NCBI GenBank assembly: GCA_938039915.1
Contig: CALHUA010000178.1
Coordinates: forward strand, 1 to 57,639
DNA: 57,639 bases
From: an uncultured Anderseniella sp.
GTDB taxonomy: Bacteria > Pseudomonadota > Alphaproteobacteria > Rhizobiales > Aestuariivirgaceae
Direction: 5' to 3'
Shown here: positions 45,515 through 56,151 of the stretch, in pieces
Position numbering within the stretch: the stretch's first letter is position 1
How the letters are laid out: every line of letters starts with the position of its first letter
The notes under the pieces: model-generated
What the model saw: only the letters and a program-made list of their open reading frames with translations
What the model was told of the DNA's origin: nothing
Database searches by the model: none
Translations under genes and position numbers: made by a program

Positions 45515-46808
45515 CGCTTAGCCTCCATTCTTCAAAAAAGGCACTCCACAATTCCTGTTTGTCAGGAAAGTAAACTGCCGTTATCAGCCGTACCGCATAC
45601 TCGCGGTGTGCGTCACTGAATGTTTCATAGTCCCGGTAAAAAGCCTGCTTGTTGACGATGAACCGGGTCAGAAAATCATAAGACACAAATTCGCTCAGGA
45701 ACCGGTTTACCAGCAGCCAGTCATCATGGTCCGGATTGGCCCGCACCGACATCAGCATCATTTCTGAGTCAAAGCTTGCAGTGTCAGGCTGTTTGCCGTT
45801 GAGCACGCCACGGCGCAGTTCATGTAACTGCCGGAACGCTTTCGACTTCTTCAACCGGCTCAGATTCTTGTGCACCCAGTTGTCGATCTCGACATCCGTG
45901 ATGGAGCACGGATCCAGTTTTGCGTCCTGCAGGCCCATTTGCAGCCGGCAGAAAATCCCGAACCTGATATCCATGATACCGGACTGGCCGAACCACTCCA
46001 GGTTCAAAGGCTCAATCCGACCCGTCCCGGTCAGATAATCGAGAACGGCCTGATGGTCGCCCATGGCAATAAAGCGGTCCTGCGGGCGATGTGCTCCTTC
46101 GGTCTGCATCTGTTTCGGGTCACCAATCACCACGACACGATCGTCTTCATCGTGGAATACATAGATACCGTCGAAATGCCGGGTCCAGAAAGACCTGGCG
46201 TCGAAATGCATGTGTTGTGGTGCGATCTGGTTGTAGCGTATGTCACCGCATTCCCGTGCCAGATCGACAATGTCGCCCAGCAACTGATCGTCCTGCCAGG
46301 CATCACTCCCAGCCTCAAACGCCTCAATCAGCCCGGTGAGCCGCGTTGACTTTTCGAGCAACCCGTTATGGGTGTGCAGCTTGAATTTGACCCGCTTGAT
46401 AGACAGCACATCATCAAGATTGTCGACCCGGTAGGAGGCATCTTCGATCTCGCCATACACCACATCTTTCAGGGTCAGGTTCCGGATCGCCTCGCTGTTT
46501 TCCATATAAAAGGCCCGCATCAGATCCGGCGTGGACGAAAAGCTGATATTGACCACCGGCATTTCTGCCTGGTCGGGCGAGACGATAATGAAGCGGCGGT
46601 TGATCCCGAGAGGATCAAGGTATTCATCATTCTTCAGGTCTTGCGCTATCTCAGGGGAAAACCCCATGGCATCAACCGAGAATGCATTGCGTTTGGTTTC
46701 CGCCAGACCGAAAGCGCTGAGCGCCTGATTATAACGTTCCACCAGGTGCGGCTGGTCGATCTGCACCATGGAGCCATACATCAAGGCGTTTTCGATCAGC
46801 CGTTCCAT
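45507..46808 (-). CDS. Uncharacterised protein (DUF6638-like)
   Basis: 433-aa ORF overlapping both neighbours, with LVERYN.AL, FSPEIA..L....YLDP.G.NR.FII and FWT.HFDG.YVF. Confidence 0.7.
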   Translation of the reverse strand: MERLIENALMYGSMVQIDQPHLVERYNQALSAFGLAETKRNAFSVDAMGFSPEIAQDLKNDEYLDPLGINRRFIIVSPDQAEMPVVNISFSSTPDLMRAFYMENSEAIRNLTLKDVVYGEIEDASYRVDNLDDVLSIKRVKFKLHTHNGLLEKSTRLTGLIEAFEAGSDAWQDDQLLGDIVDLARECGDIRYNQIAPQHMHFDARSFWTRHFDGIYVFHDEDDRVVVIGDPKQMQTEGAHRPQDRFIAMGDHQAVLDYLTGTGRIEPLNLEWFGQSGIMDIRFGIFCRLQMGLQDAKLDPCSITDVEIDNWVHKNLSRLKKSKAFRQLHELRRGVLNGKQPDTASFDSEMMLMSVRANPDHDDWLLVNRFLSEFVSYDFLTRFIVNKQAFYRDYETFSDAHREYAVRLITAVYFPDKQELWSAFFEEWRLSDA

Positions 46809-48709
46809 TGCCCTGCGTCCTTGAGCTCATCGATTTCGCGTACCGCACGTTCGCGCACACGCTGTTCACGGACCAAGCGCTCAACCGCCGTATCATCGGA
46901 CTTGTCGGTATAACGGAACTCCGAGTCAGCATATTTGTGCACTTCCTGCACCACCGTCTGCATGGTGATCGGGCTGCGCAACTCGCTGATCATGGCGAGC
47001 TTTGTGTCATAGTCCTTATGCAGGAACAGGTCCGGTTTCTCGAACCAGTCATCGGGCAGTTCAACATCCATGGCCCGCATCTTGACTGCATCGGTGATGT
47101 TCTTGATGGCCCGACCGGTAAAGCGTGGCTCGGCCTGCTTGATTGCATGCAGATAGGCACCAACGTCGGCCAGCGTCTTGAGCTTGCCGCCGTTCTTCTT
47201 GAACTGCTCGCTCACCTTCATCAGGCCGGCTTCCTTTGGATCATTGTGGTCTTCGTAGGCGGCAGAAACGGCTTTCCTGATCTCCTGGGCGGCGTACAGG
47301 TCATGCTTGCCGAGACTGATCTTGTGATCCTTGCCGATGAGCAGGGCAAAGATGTCGATATAGTCTTCCACGGTCTGCGGCCCGTCGACCAGCCAGCGGG
47401 CACCGGCGCGCTGGCGAAGCGCGTCGTCGACGTTTTCCGGATAGTTGGAAAACATGCCGATGGAGCAGTTGCCGCGCACCACTGTTCCGGCACCCGACAG
47501 GCTTTCCATCAGGACAGCCGTGATTTCCTGCTGGCCGGAAGAGGCCCGGTCATCGCTGCGTTTTGCCGCCACCTGGTCAATATCGTCGACCGTACCGAAT
47601 CCGATCACCCTGGGGTCCATGACATTGTCGATGAACTGGCGGCAGTTCTGTCCGGACTTGCCCTGATACGAACTGATCTGGTCAACGCCGAAATTTTCAT
47701 AGTGAAATGTATAGCCGGCAACCTCGCAATAGCTGTTGATCAGGCCGGCGATCATCTGGATCAGGGTCGTCTTGCCGGTCCCGGGATTGCCGTCACCGAT
47801 GAAGGTAAACAGGAAACCACCCAGTTCGACAAACGGATTGAGCTGACGGTCAAAATCGTAGGCCACCAGCATCTTTGCCAGCTTCATGGCCTGGTACTTG
47901 GCGATATGATTGCCGACAACCTCGTTGGGCATTTTAAACGTCATGACAAGTGGTTTGCGCTTGCCGCCACGCGAGGCGTCGAGCCCGTTCAGTTCAAAAT
48001 TATCAGCATCGAGGCGGATGTGCATGGCCTCAAATGCCGCCAGTTCAGCAAACCGGCGCTGGCGCGACAGCAGTGCATCACTTGTCAGGCGGGCAAACTC
48101 CCGGGCCCTGGCCAGCAACTGGGCATCGTCCGGAGACCCGGCAATCGATTTGTCCAGGCCGTGCAGAAACGCCTTGTAGGCTTCGTGTACAGTGTCCAGA
48201 TCAGGGTTCGGTTCTGCAGCAGCTGTGGTGCTGTTGTCCTGGGCATCGAGGGTCTGGTTCAGATAATTGGCGACACAGAACAGCGACACAAAGGCCGACG
48301 CGGCCATCAACTTGTGAAACTGCGTGGCGCGATCACCGGACAATGGTGAGGAACGATTGTCGGCGGCAAGTGTTTCAAGCTCGGTATGTTTGGCGAACAC
48401 ATCGCCGACCGCCAACCCTACGGCCATGGCCCGGCGCAGCCGATAGGCCAGCGAATGCTGGGCCGGCGACAGCATGGTATCGTCCGGCGTGATACCGGAA
48501 ATGGTTTCCATAATCCGCACTTCCGCAGTCTTGCGACGGTCGCCGCCCGACACCGTGGACACAAACCGGCGGCGCGTCCCGGCCAATTCGGTTGCTGACT
48601 TGTCATCCGCATCGCTCACAATCACCGCGGTGCGGTCCAGCATTGCCTGCACCGTGGGGATGTGTTTGGCGATGTCTTTTTCGAGCAGGGTTGTCAGTCC
48701 GATGTCCAT
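46796..48709 (-). CDS. AAA+ ATPase with long N-terminal domain
   Basis: Walker A GNPGTGKT, Walker B-like GTVDDIDQ, SRH SNYPENVDDALRQR and FTGRAIKNI. Confidence 0.88.
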   Translation of the reverse strand: MDIGLTTLLEKDIAKHIPTVQAMLDRTAVIVSDADDKSATELAGTRRRFVSTVSGGDRRKTAEVRIMETISGITPDDTMLSPAQHSLAYRLRRAMAVGLAVGDVFAKHTELETLAADNRSSPLSGDRATQFHKLMAASAFVSLFCVANYLNQTLDAQDNSTTAAAEPNPDLDTVHEAYKAFLHGLDKSIAGSPDDAQLLARAREFARLTSDALLSRQRRFAELAAFEAMHIRLDADNFELNGLDASRGGKRKPLVMTFKMPNEVVGNHIAKYQAMKLAKMLVAYDFDRQLNPFVELGGFLFTFIGDGNPGTGKTTLIQMIAGLINSYCEVAGYTFHYENFGVDQISSYQGKSGQNCRQFIDNVMDPRVIGFGTVDDIDQVAAKRSDDRASSGQQEITAVLMESLSGAGTVVRGNCSIGMFSNYPENVDDALRQRAGARWLVDGPQTVEDYIDIFALLIGKDHKISLGKHDLYAAQEIRKAVSAAYEDHNDPKEAGLMKVSEQFKKNGGKLKTLADVGAYLHAIKQAEPRFTGRAIKNITDAVKMRAMDVELPDDWFEKPDLFLHKDYDTKLAMISELRSPITMQTVVQEVHKYADSEFRYTDKSDDTAVERLVREQRVRERAVREIDELKDAGQWNG

Positions 48710-48735
48710 GTTTTGTCCGTCTAAAAGTGGTTCAG

Positions 48736-49881
48736 CTAAACGTGCTTCAGAATGTGGTCACCGCTGGCAATATAGCAGCGATGGCCATTGAAAATCTCAT
48801 TGGTCAGGTTCTTGGCATACATCGACTGATAGGCCGTGTGCGGGATCATCGCATAGCGCTCCAGCGCACTGACGCCCTGCGCAACACAATCCAGATCGTC
48901 TGTGTTGACATGATAGATTTCCCGGGCCGGGCTCGACCCCCAGATGCCGCTTTTCGAGCGCACCTCATGTTTGGAATGAAGCTCCTGCATGGTCCAGGTG
49001 AACAGCCAGTTGTCGGACGGCGCGCTGACGCTGTCGAGCACCGACTGCACCTTTTTATTGTGATCGGTCAGACCACCGGCATAAAACGGCCCCAGTACAA
49101 ACCGGCGCAACTGTTTCGGGTGCAGGGTCTCGAATGTTTCATCGATAGCCTTGGCGATTGTCGTCAGGCTGAGACTGTAGGCAGAATGGCCAGCAACGAA
49201 ATCCTTGAACTCGCTGCGCAGCGAGAAGTTGGGCAGGCCGTTCATGGCCATTTCGTCAATCCAGCCCTTGGGAAATCCGTGCGGGGTGTTCCTGCGTGGC
49301 CGCGGCGCATCTTCCGACGAATCCTCGATGACCGCAACGTACACCAGCGGCAGGTTTTCCGCGCCGTCATAGGCCGACCAGGTGACCACGTAGTAGGTGC
49401 GCTCGGAACGCGGATTGACCGACACCCGTAATGTCGTGGGCTTGGTGAAGGTGGCAAAGGCCGGCGCCGCGTCCAGGGCTTCGTAGTACAGCCGCCTGGC
49501 CATAACTTTCTGCAGGTCGCCGGGGTGCTGCCTGAATTTCAGCATCAATTCGAGCATTTCAACCCGGGTCTGCTCAGTTGTGGGCAGATCGAGCAGATGC
49601 TCCTTGACGCGGTTCATGTCGGCTTCAAGTTCCAGCACGTTCTTGAACAGCGGAAAACCACTTTCACTGCGATCAATACTGAACTGGTCGGCAAACCGGC
49701 ATTTCAGTTTCCAACAGGCAAAGGAATGGCGCAGGCGCGTGATCGGCGCCTCGATGGCCTGGTAGAGAAAATTGTGGCGCCGGCGCTCGTCTCCCTCGGT
49801 CTCGGCAATGGCTTCAAGACCATTGAAAGCGCTCTCGAAGGCATCGAAATAGTTCGAGATTTCTGGGGAAAGTCCCGTCAT
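48736..49881 (-). CDS. Hypothetical protein
   Basis: 381-aa ORF in operon spacing with the flanking genes. Confidence 0.75.
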   Translation of the reverse strand: MTGLSPEISNYFDAFESAFNGLEAIAETEGDERRRHNFLYQAIEAPITRLRHSFACWKLKCRFADQFSIDRSESGFPLFKNVLELEADMNRVKEHLLDLPTTEQTRVEMLELMLKFRQHPGDLQKVMARRLYYEALDAAPAFATFTKPTTLRVSVNPRSERTYYVVTWSAYDGAENLPLVYVAVIEDSSEDAPRPRRNTPHGFPKGWIDEMAMNGLPNFSLRSEFKDFVAGHSAYSLSLTTIAKAIDETFETLHPKQLRRFVLGPFYAGGLTDHNKKVQSVLDSVSAPSDNWLFTWTMQELHSKHEVRSKSGIWGSSPAREIYHVNTDDLDCVAQGVSALERYAMIPHTAYQSMYAKNLTNEIFNGHRCYIASGDHILKHV

Positions 49882-49907
49882 GACTGGCCGTGTTCCCTGA
49901 CTGGCAC

Positions 49908-50993
49908 CTACTGGGACACGTACCTGGATGCTTCATGTTGTTCCAGAACCGTCCCGAAGCGCCGGGCAAAGGCATCATCAGCCAGTTTCTTGCGGCGCTG
50001 GATTTCCTGCGACGACACCATGTTCTTTTCATGCAGTTCCAGCAGATCGGCAATGTGCGACTGGGCCGCCGCCCCGATACCGGCCATGGTTTGCTCTGCT
50101 GCGGTATCCACCTTGGACCCCAGCGTATTGATCTTGTGGGCAACCTCCTGCTGGGAGGCTGTCTTGAGCGAGTCTTCCAGCGATTTGTACAGTACCACGC
50201 GCTGTTCGGTGTCGATGTTCAGCTTGTTGATCAAGGTGGATTGGGCCGCCATCTGGTTGTTCAGACTGTCGACAAAAGTCTGGAACATGGAGGTGTAGCG
50301 TTCCAGGGTCTGTGAACCGGCCAGCAGTTCCTGCTCGCGCGCCTGCGCCTGGTTGTATTCAGTGGCGAGTTTCGAGCGTTCACCTTCAAGCTTGGTGCGC
50401 GCGGCCTGATCCGTGGAGGCGGCGATCTTGTTTTCCAGATCCATCAGCGCCGGGTTCAGGCTCTCGATCAGTTTCTGGGTGGCCTGAAGGTCATCGGTCA
50501 CGGTCTTGCGGCGATCGATCACCTTGCGCAGGCTTGCCTCTGACGTGGTGTAGCGGTCTTCAAGAACGGTCTTCTGCTCCTTGAGGATGCTGACGATAAT
50601 GTTGGACTTGGCCAGAAGGTCCTGCAGATTACCGGCCAGTGAGGTGGTGCGAACCCGTTCATTGCGCACTGACTGGGCCTTGTTCTTGGAAAAGAACCCG
50701 ATCAGTTTTTCACCGACAGTGTACTCCTGCATGTTCCTGAATTCGTCGCCGAACGAGTTGGTGATGTCCTCCAGCCCGATGATCATGTCGGCGATATTCG
50801 TCTCCATGGTCTTTTGCTGCTGCAACACATCCTGGATACGGGCGTTCTCGATATCGAAATCGACATCTCCAAGCGTGTCGGCCTCTGCGATCTGTTCGAT
50901 CGCTTCACTGCTGACATCCATCTTGGAGCGCATGTCCTTGATGATGGTCTGCGTTTTCTCGATTTCGGTATCCAGTGTTTTCGTATCAATCAT
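49908..50993 (-). CDS. Long coiled-coil protein, first gene of the AAA operon
   Basis: Helical Q/E/K/L-rich sequence. Start MIDTKTLD follows GGGGTG. Confidence 0.75.
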   Translation of the reverse strand: MIDTKTLDTEIEKTQTIIKDMRSKMDVSSEAIEQIAEADTLGDVDFDIENARIQDVLQQQKTMETNIADMIIGLEDITNSFGDEFRNMQEYTVGEKLIGFFSKNKAQSVRNERVRTTSLAGNLQDLLAKSNIIVSILKEQKTVLEDRYTTSEASLRKVIDRRKTVTDDLQATQKLIESLNPALMDLENKIAASTDQAARTKLEGERSKLATEYNQAQAREQELLAGSQTLERYTSMFQTFVDSLNNQMAAQSTLINKLNIDTEQRVVLYKSLEDSLKTASQQEVAHKINTLGSKVDTAAEQTMAGIGAAAQSHIADLLELHEKNMVSSQEIQRRKKLADDAFARRFGTVLEQHEASRYVSQ

Positions 50994-51352
50994 GTTTCGC
51001 ACCCCAGCTTCGTCGTTTCCGTGATCTGAATATAGGCACAACACGGGCAGATTACATCTTCGTAAGGAAAATTACCCGATCTTGGTAAAGGTAGTGTTGC
51101 AACAAAACGCAGCTGATACAGGATCGCGGGCAACCGGCCTGAGACTCTCCGTGTGTCATTGCGCCCGCCCGATCAAAGCCCTCATATGCAATCTGCATTC
51201 AGCACCACCTGGAACTGGAGGCGAACCCGGACCATGTTGTCCAGACCGACAATGTCTCCGGAGGGTAAGGATTGCACATCGCCCGCCAGCAGAGATGTGA
51301 CCTTGTGCACAGACCGGACCCTGATACTCAGCAAACGGACGGGCTGCGAAAG

Positions 51353-51856
51353 TCATAGCGACCTGTACATCCACAGGCTGGGTATGGCCACACCGAAACC
51401 GGCTTTTTCATAGGCCCTGCGGGCGGGTGCATGACTCAAATCGCCGCCCGTCCCGACACTTGCCACCTTCATCCCCTCCGCCTTCATGGTGGCAATTGCA
51501 AACCGGTAAAGCTGAGTTCCGATGCCCTGGTTCGAAAAATCCGGGTGCACCGCGTTGAGGCCGATTTCACCAACCCTGGTGTTGTCATCAAGCGACAGGC
51601 CCGCAAATCCAGCAATCTGCCCGTCAAGCTCAGCGACGAACACCCGCTCTGATGAGCCAGCTGCACACATACCGGCAAGCAGCTGGGCCTGTTCTGCCTC
51701 GGCAGAGGCCAGCGCAACCGCTGCTATGTCCCGGCCGACAATGGCGCGGAATGATCTGAACACGGGGGCGAATGCCAACTCACGGATTTGCTGAAGTTCA
51801 TCAAGATCTGACGATCTGAACGGCCTGATATCTACGGACATGTCATTTATGCTCAT
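51353..51856 (-). CDS. GNAT acetyltransferase
   Basis: FVAELDGQIAGF, AVHPDFSNQGIGT and ARRAYEKAGF. Confidence 0.9.
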   Translation of the reverse strand: MSINDMSVDIRPFRSSDLDELQQIRELAFAPVFRSFRAIVGRDIAAVALASAEAEQAQLLAGMCAAGSSERVFVAELDGQIAGFAGLSLDDNTRVGEIGLNAVHPDFSNQGIGTQLYRFAIATMKAEGMKVASVGTGGDLSHAPARRAYEKAGFGVAIPSLWMYRSL

Positions 51857-52146
51857 TGTTACTGGGTGGCGTGAAAACGCAATCACATTTGCTGGATGGT
51901 AACGGACTTTACCCGGGCTCAACACCAACGGGCGGTTGCCCGACCTGAAGAAATCAAATCCATGTCGTTTCGATAAAGAATTGTTCAGCACTCGGATGTA
52001 CCTTCTTCAAACACGTTTGGCTGAAGCGGGACAGTTCACATGGAGAAACGAGAGCGGGACCTTTCCGCTGCCGAGAAGCAACCTCACTTCCCCGGGATTA
52101 CTGGTCCGAACATTTTGCCGTTCGAAAATGGTCGGCCTGCAATTTC

Positions 52147-52530
52147 GTGGTTGTTGAACGCCATCACATTAATGATGCCATCATGGTCCGTGAATGGGAT
52201 TACGGCACGCCGGCCTATTTCGTACTGAGCAACGATAACAGGGTGTTTTTCAGCAATCGCGGCAGTCACATTTACGACGATGGCTGGGAGGCCGATCCCG
52301 TCTCAGTGAACAAACCTGATCGTGTTCGCCGGATTTACCAGTGCATCGTGAACCCAAACACATCATGCGAACTGGATGAGGCTTTTTCAGGCGAGGCGAT
52401 AGCGCTGGACAAATGCTACACGACCGATTTGCGCTGGGACAGGAGTGATCCAAATCCGCAGGTCAATTGGGATGAAATTGTCGAAACGTTCAAACTCCAA
52501 CCTGTCGAGGCTGTCACCGGCAACGTGTGA
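52147..52530 (+). CDS. Hypothetical protein; start uncertain
   Basis: Protein-like ORF. The frame is open upstream to ~51949 without an ATG. Confidence 0.35.
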   Translation: MVVERHHINDAIMVREWDYGTPAYFVLSNDNRVFFSNRGSHIYDDGWEADPVSVNKPDRVRRIYQCIVNPNTSCELDEAFSGEAIALDKCYTTDLRWDRSDPNPQVNWDEIVETFKLQPVEAVTGNV

Positions 52531-52594
52531 CCCGTTGCGCTTTGAGACTGCTGCTTGGTTTACCTGCGATCCGGATAAAGTTCGAATTGCACCG

Positions 52595-52762
52595 TCAATT
52601 GCCTTTACGACGTCCGGGCAGCTTAATTTCCTCATGGGAGTCGGCTGGGCGCCGCGCGCGACGTTTTTTCATGACCGGCCACGCACGATCCAGCAGCCGC
52701 ACACAATACAAGGCAACGGCAGCAGCGGCCAGGACAGCCAGGATTACAAACATCTGTTCCAT
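52595..52762 (-). CDS. Small single-TM protein
   Basis: MEQMFVILAVLAAAAVALYCV followed by a basic stretch KKRRARR. Confidence 0.4.
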   Translation of the reverse strand: MEQMFVILAVLAAAAVALYCVRLLDRAWPVMKKRRARRPADSHEEIKLPGRRKGN

Positions 52763-53512
52763 GAGCCGGCATTTTATACGAATGACGTGCGGAGTGCATA
52801 ACAGCTTGATTTCAAAGTTAATAATCCAGTTTCGTCTCAGTTCAAACTGACGGGGCATTGAAACCGGTTACTTTTCGACACCATGAAAACAAAAGTTGGT
52901 CCACACTGGGTGATGAAAGGTGAATGAAAGACACACCCGCACCCAGATCAATCTCACGCAAAGCTAGAAATCTGCTAGGCAAGAACGGAAGCAGTGTCTT
53001 CAGCCAGGCTCAAATCACCCAGCCGGTTTTCTTTTGATATTCAGCTTAGCTCATGCTCCGGCACCGACGTGCTTGTCCCCGGTCTCCGTAACAATCTTTA
53101 TTGATTCATCCTCATCGATATGAACACTCGTCGCCAGGTATTCATCCTGCGCCGATTTGTGAATCGCTTCATCAAGTCTTGCGACTCTCACCGAAAATTG
53201 CATCCCGCCTCCAACCAGTTCGCAACATTTATTACGTCACGACAGCCGAGGGCAGACAGATGTATCTGCAAGTTCCGTCACGCGGAAAGCCATGCTGGCT
53301 TCTGACACTGTAATTCTCAAAAGTGCACTATTGGCTCGTAAGCGAGAAGAATGGTGGACCATACACTTGAAAGTCCAGGGTAGTAGGATTTGCGCCCGGC
53401 CAGGCTTCAACAGTTGGGAAGCGATCAAAGTCCGCCGGTCTCGAAACCATTCGTTAGCCGAATAAACAGATTTCAATTCCTTCAGACCACGAGCGACCTT
53501 TATATTGTTAAC

Positions 53513-53836
53513 ATGAATAACAGACGAAATTCCCACCCGCGCTACGAGGTCGGCCGTCCCGTCAGCCTGCTGATAGGCAATAACGGGTGCCGTGTGTTTT
53601 GTGAATTGAAAGACATGAGCTTGACGGGCGCGCGCCTGTCTTCAGTGCCGCTCAGATACATGCCCCAAACGTTTAAGATACTGATCACAGGTGAGAATGT
53701 TGCCCTGCCCTGCAAGCTGCGCTGGATTCACGGTACAGAAGTAGGCGTTCAATTTACTGGCAACCCGGACTACAGCCACAACATCTACGATCAGTACCAG
53801 ACCACAATATCGGCAGATACCAGTACGCAGCTTTGA
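53513..53836 (+). CDS. Stand-alone PilZ-domain protein
   Basis: RRNSHPRY, DMSLTGARL and CKLRWIHGTEVGVQF. Confidence 0.8.
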   Translation: MNNRRNSHPRYEVGRPVSLLIGNNGCRVFCELKDMSLTGARLSSVPLRYMPQTFKILITGENVALPCKLRWIHGTEVGVQFTGNPDYSHNIYDQYQTTISADTSTQL

Positions 53837-54210
53837 ACTGTCTGGAAACACCGGCAGTGCGTTGGTCTTTTGTTGTGACCCCTGCTCGCAACGGCCAAAG
53901 CTTGAACCGATTCGGATACATTTCTGTATGAGAACAGCCGCATTGTTCGGCTCACGCAAGACCGGTGTCATCGGCAGCAGTCGGTCCAGCGGGATGGCGA
54001 GAAGAATTTATCGCCATTACATAATTCGAGACCTTTCGGTCCGTTCAGCACAAAAACTGTTGCCGCCGGCTGCAAGGTCTGACATGTTCCCCGACGTAAG
54101 CGCACAATTGTGTTGCGCTTGTTGTTAGTTCGCGTATCAGAAGGACGCATTTGGAAGACATTTCACTGGGGGGCAACCTGATGTTGATCCCGTCATTGAA
54201 AAGATCACCA

Positions 54211-54642
54211 ATGCCAAATTCCAAGATTACCCCACTCCCCAAGCACTGTGTCCTGCTGCTGGCGGGCCTTCTTTTAGGTGTGCCCACAACTGTGAGCGCG
54301 GCACCTGCACCGGCACAAGATCGGGCGGACAGTGTTGATGCAAGTTCCCGCACCATGACGGTAAACGCTGATGGTACTGAAAGCAGCTCCACCCCGTACC
54401 TGCAGCTGGCCAAAATACTCGTACTCAAGAATGAGCCAGACGGGGAATCCGGCATCGGTGGCCTATCGCGCCAGCAAGTCGCGCCAAGGCTTCAATCGAG
54501 GATCAGGAAAAACGCGGAATTTGCCGCGTTTATGAAGCTGGTCCAGGCGACCTCAAAAAGACCATTCTCTGAAAAAGAGATATTCAAGCTTTATCTCAGC
54601 TACAAGGAATGGTCGCAGAAGACCGGCGCACAGAGCCAGTAG
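54211..54642 (+). CDS. Secreted hypothetical protein
   Basis: Signal-like VLLLAGLLLGVPTTVSA and a helical C-terminus. Confidence 0.55.
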   Translation: MPNSKITPLPKHCVLLLAGLLLGVPTTVSAAPAPAQDRADSVDASSRTMTVNADGTESSSTPYLQLAKILVLKNEPDGESGIGGLSRQQVAPRLQSRIRKNAEFAAFMKLVQATSKRPFSEKEIFKLYLSYKEWSQKTGAQSQ

Positions 54643-54689
54643 CACCAGTGCGGTGAACCAATTCTCACCTGTATCTCCTTGCAAGAAAC

Positions 54690-54722
54690 AGGGTCTGCTC
54701 CGCTGCCGGAACAGACCCTTTG
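54690..54722. terminator. Hairpin between convergent genes
   Basis: AGGGTCTG...CAGACCCT inverted repeat followed by Ts. Confidence 0.6.
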
Positions 54723-54736
54723 AATTGATGGAATGC

Positions 54737-55129
54737 TTACTGGTAACTCATCAACTTGTAGTTGCCGGTCGTCACACTGCCGGCTCCGTTGTTACCCTGG
54801 TGCTGGAACTGCACAAACATGGTGGTTCCTGATGTCTGCATGTTGATCTTCGTTGTGACATTGTTGTCAACGAAGGTGGCGCGCAGGCTGTTTGGGCCGG
54901 TCTTGTACATGCTCAACCAACCCGTATTGACAACACCGGACATCCGTACCGACATGTTCTGGCCGCACTGGCGACCATTGATTGTGCTCGCAAGACTGTT
55001 GCCACTTGTCTTGCTCCAGACTGAGTTGACACACGCTGCATTTGCAGGCGCTGCAACTGCGGACAGCGCAGCGACTGTTGTGAGAGTTGCCAAAGCTGTT
55101 TTGATAAAGGTTGGCTTGTTCATTTTCAT
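54737..55129 (-). CDS. Secreted small beta-rich protein with two Cys
   Basis: Signal peptide ending ANA-A. AAAGGA RBS. Confidence 0.7.
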   Translation of the reverse strand: MKMNKPTFIKTALATLTTVAALSAVAAPANAACVNSVWSKTSGNSLASTINGRQCGQNMSVRMSGVVNTGWLSMYKTGPNSLRATFVDNNVTTKINMQTSGTTMFVQFQHQGNNGAGSVTTGNYKLMSYQ

Positions 55130-55292
55130 GTTTCCTTTTCATTGAGGCGGCGCCTTTGGAAGCGCGCTTGTTTATGTGTTGTCCCGATGAATACAATCGT
55201 TCGTTTGTACGACTCCTGAATGCCTCGTTCATTTTGCGTTCACTTCCCTTCAGTCATCTTTTTCGCAAACCCACTGATGCATGGAGACGAAA

Positions 55293-55616
55293 ATGAACAA
55301 GAACACGCTCCTGTCGGCATTGTTCCTCGCCTCAATGGCAGCACCTGCTGCGGCGAATTGTTATGAGGTCATCGGTTGCACCGACAGCCAGTCTTTTGAA
55401 CGCGAACAACTGGAACAGCTAAGCTGTCAGGCCCTTTGGGAAGTTCGCAATCAGATTTTTCATGAGAACGGGTACTGCTTTCAAACCGAGCGCGGCACGG
55501 CGACATTCTCGAATGACCAATGCACAACCGACGATGCTGCAGATGTCAGTTTGAACGACCATGAGCGGAGCAACATCACAATCATCAAGTCTGTGGAGAG
55601 ATCCAATGGCTGTTGA
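55293..55616 (+). CDS. Secreted YARHG-domain-like protein
   Basis: Signal peptide, LSCQALWEVRNQIFHENGYCFQT...F.N..C...LN..E..N...I..VE...GC. Confidence 0.75.
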   Translation: MNKNTLLSALFLASMAAPAAANCYEVIGCTDSQSFEREQLEQLSCQALWEVRNQIFHENGYCFQTERGTATFSNDQCTTDDAADVSLNDHERSNITIIKSVERSNGC

Positions 55617-56115
55617 TTTCCAGAGTATTGTTCCAGTGCCGAACCTGCCCCGAATTGCCGCAGTGATAGCGGTGGGTCTTGCCGTGCTGCACGCTTCCCC
55701 GGTTCCAGCTCATGCCTACTCTGACTGCCCCCGTTTTTCGGAGCCAGTCTGCGGAAAGGTGCCTGGTCAGCGGGCCATCACCTATCTTAATTCATGCTTT
55801 GCTCACGAGGCTCATGCGCGAATAGTGTATGGAGGCAGTTGCAGAACACGGCGCGCTTGCTCTCGCATCAACAGGCCGGTTTGCGGTAAGGTGCGCGGTC
55901 AACGTGAAATTACCTACGTCAACAGGTGCATTGCGCGATCCAATGGAGCGAAGGTCCTGTATCGTGGCAGGTGCGAGCCCTGGAAGCGCTGTTCAAAGCG
56001 CCGCCGCCTTGTCTGCGGTATGGTGCCGGGCAGCAGAGCAATAACCTATCTCAATGCCTGCCTGGCGCGGACACAGGGGGCAAGGGTGCTGCATAAAGGC
56101 AGATGTACCAACTAG
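55606..56115 (+). CDS. Secreted protein with three Kazal-type protease-inhibitor domains
   Basis: Signal ending AHA. Three repeats of C-x5-(P/L)VCG...TY.N.C.A....A.....G.C. Confidence 0.82.
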   Translation: MAVDFQSIVPVPNLPRIAAVIAVGLAVLHASPVPAHAYSDCPRFSEPVCGKVPGQRAITYLNSCFAHEAHARIVYGGSCRTRRACSRINRPVCGKVRGQREITYVNRCIARSNGAKVLYRGRCEPWKRCSKRRRLVCGMVPGSRAITYLNACLARTQGARVLHKGRCTN

Positions 56116-56151
56116 AGCCCTTAAGTCGGGCTGGCAGTCTGGCATGATCAC

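Noticed and set aside
52860-53500. sRNA or small genes in the ORF-poor region
   Set aside because: No recognisable RNA family, terminator or convincing ORF.
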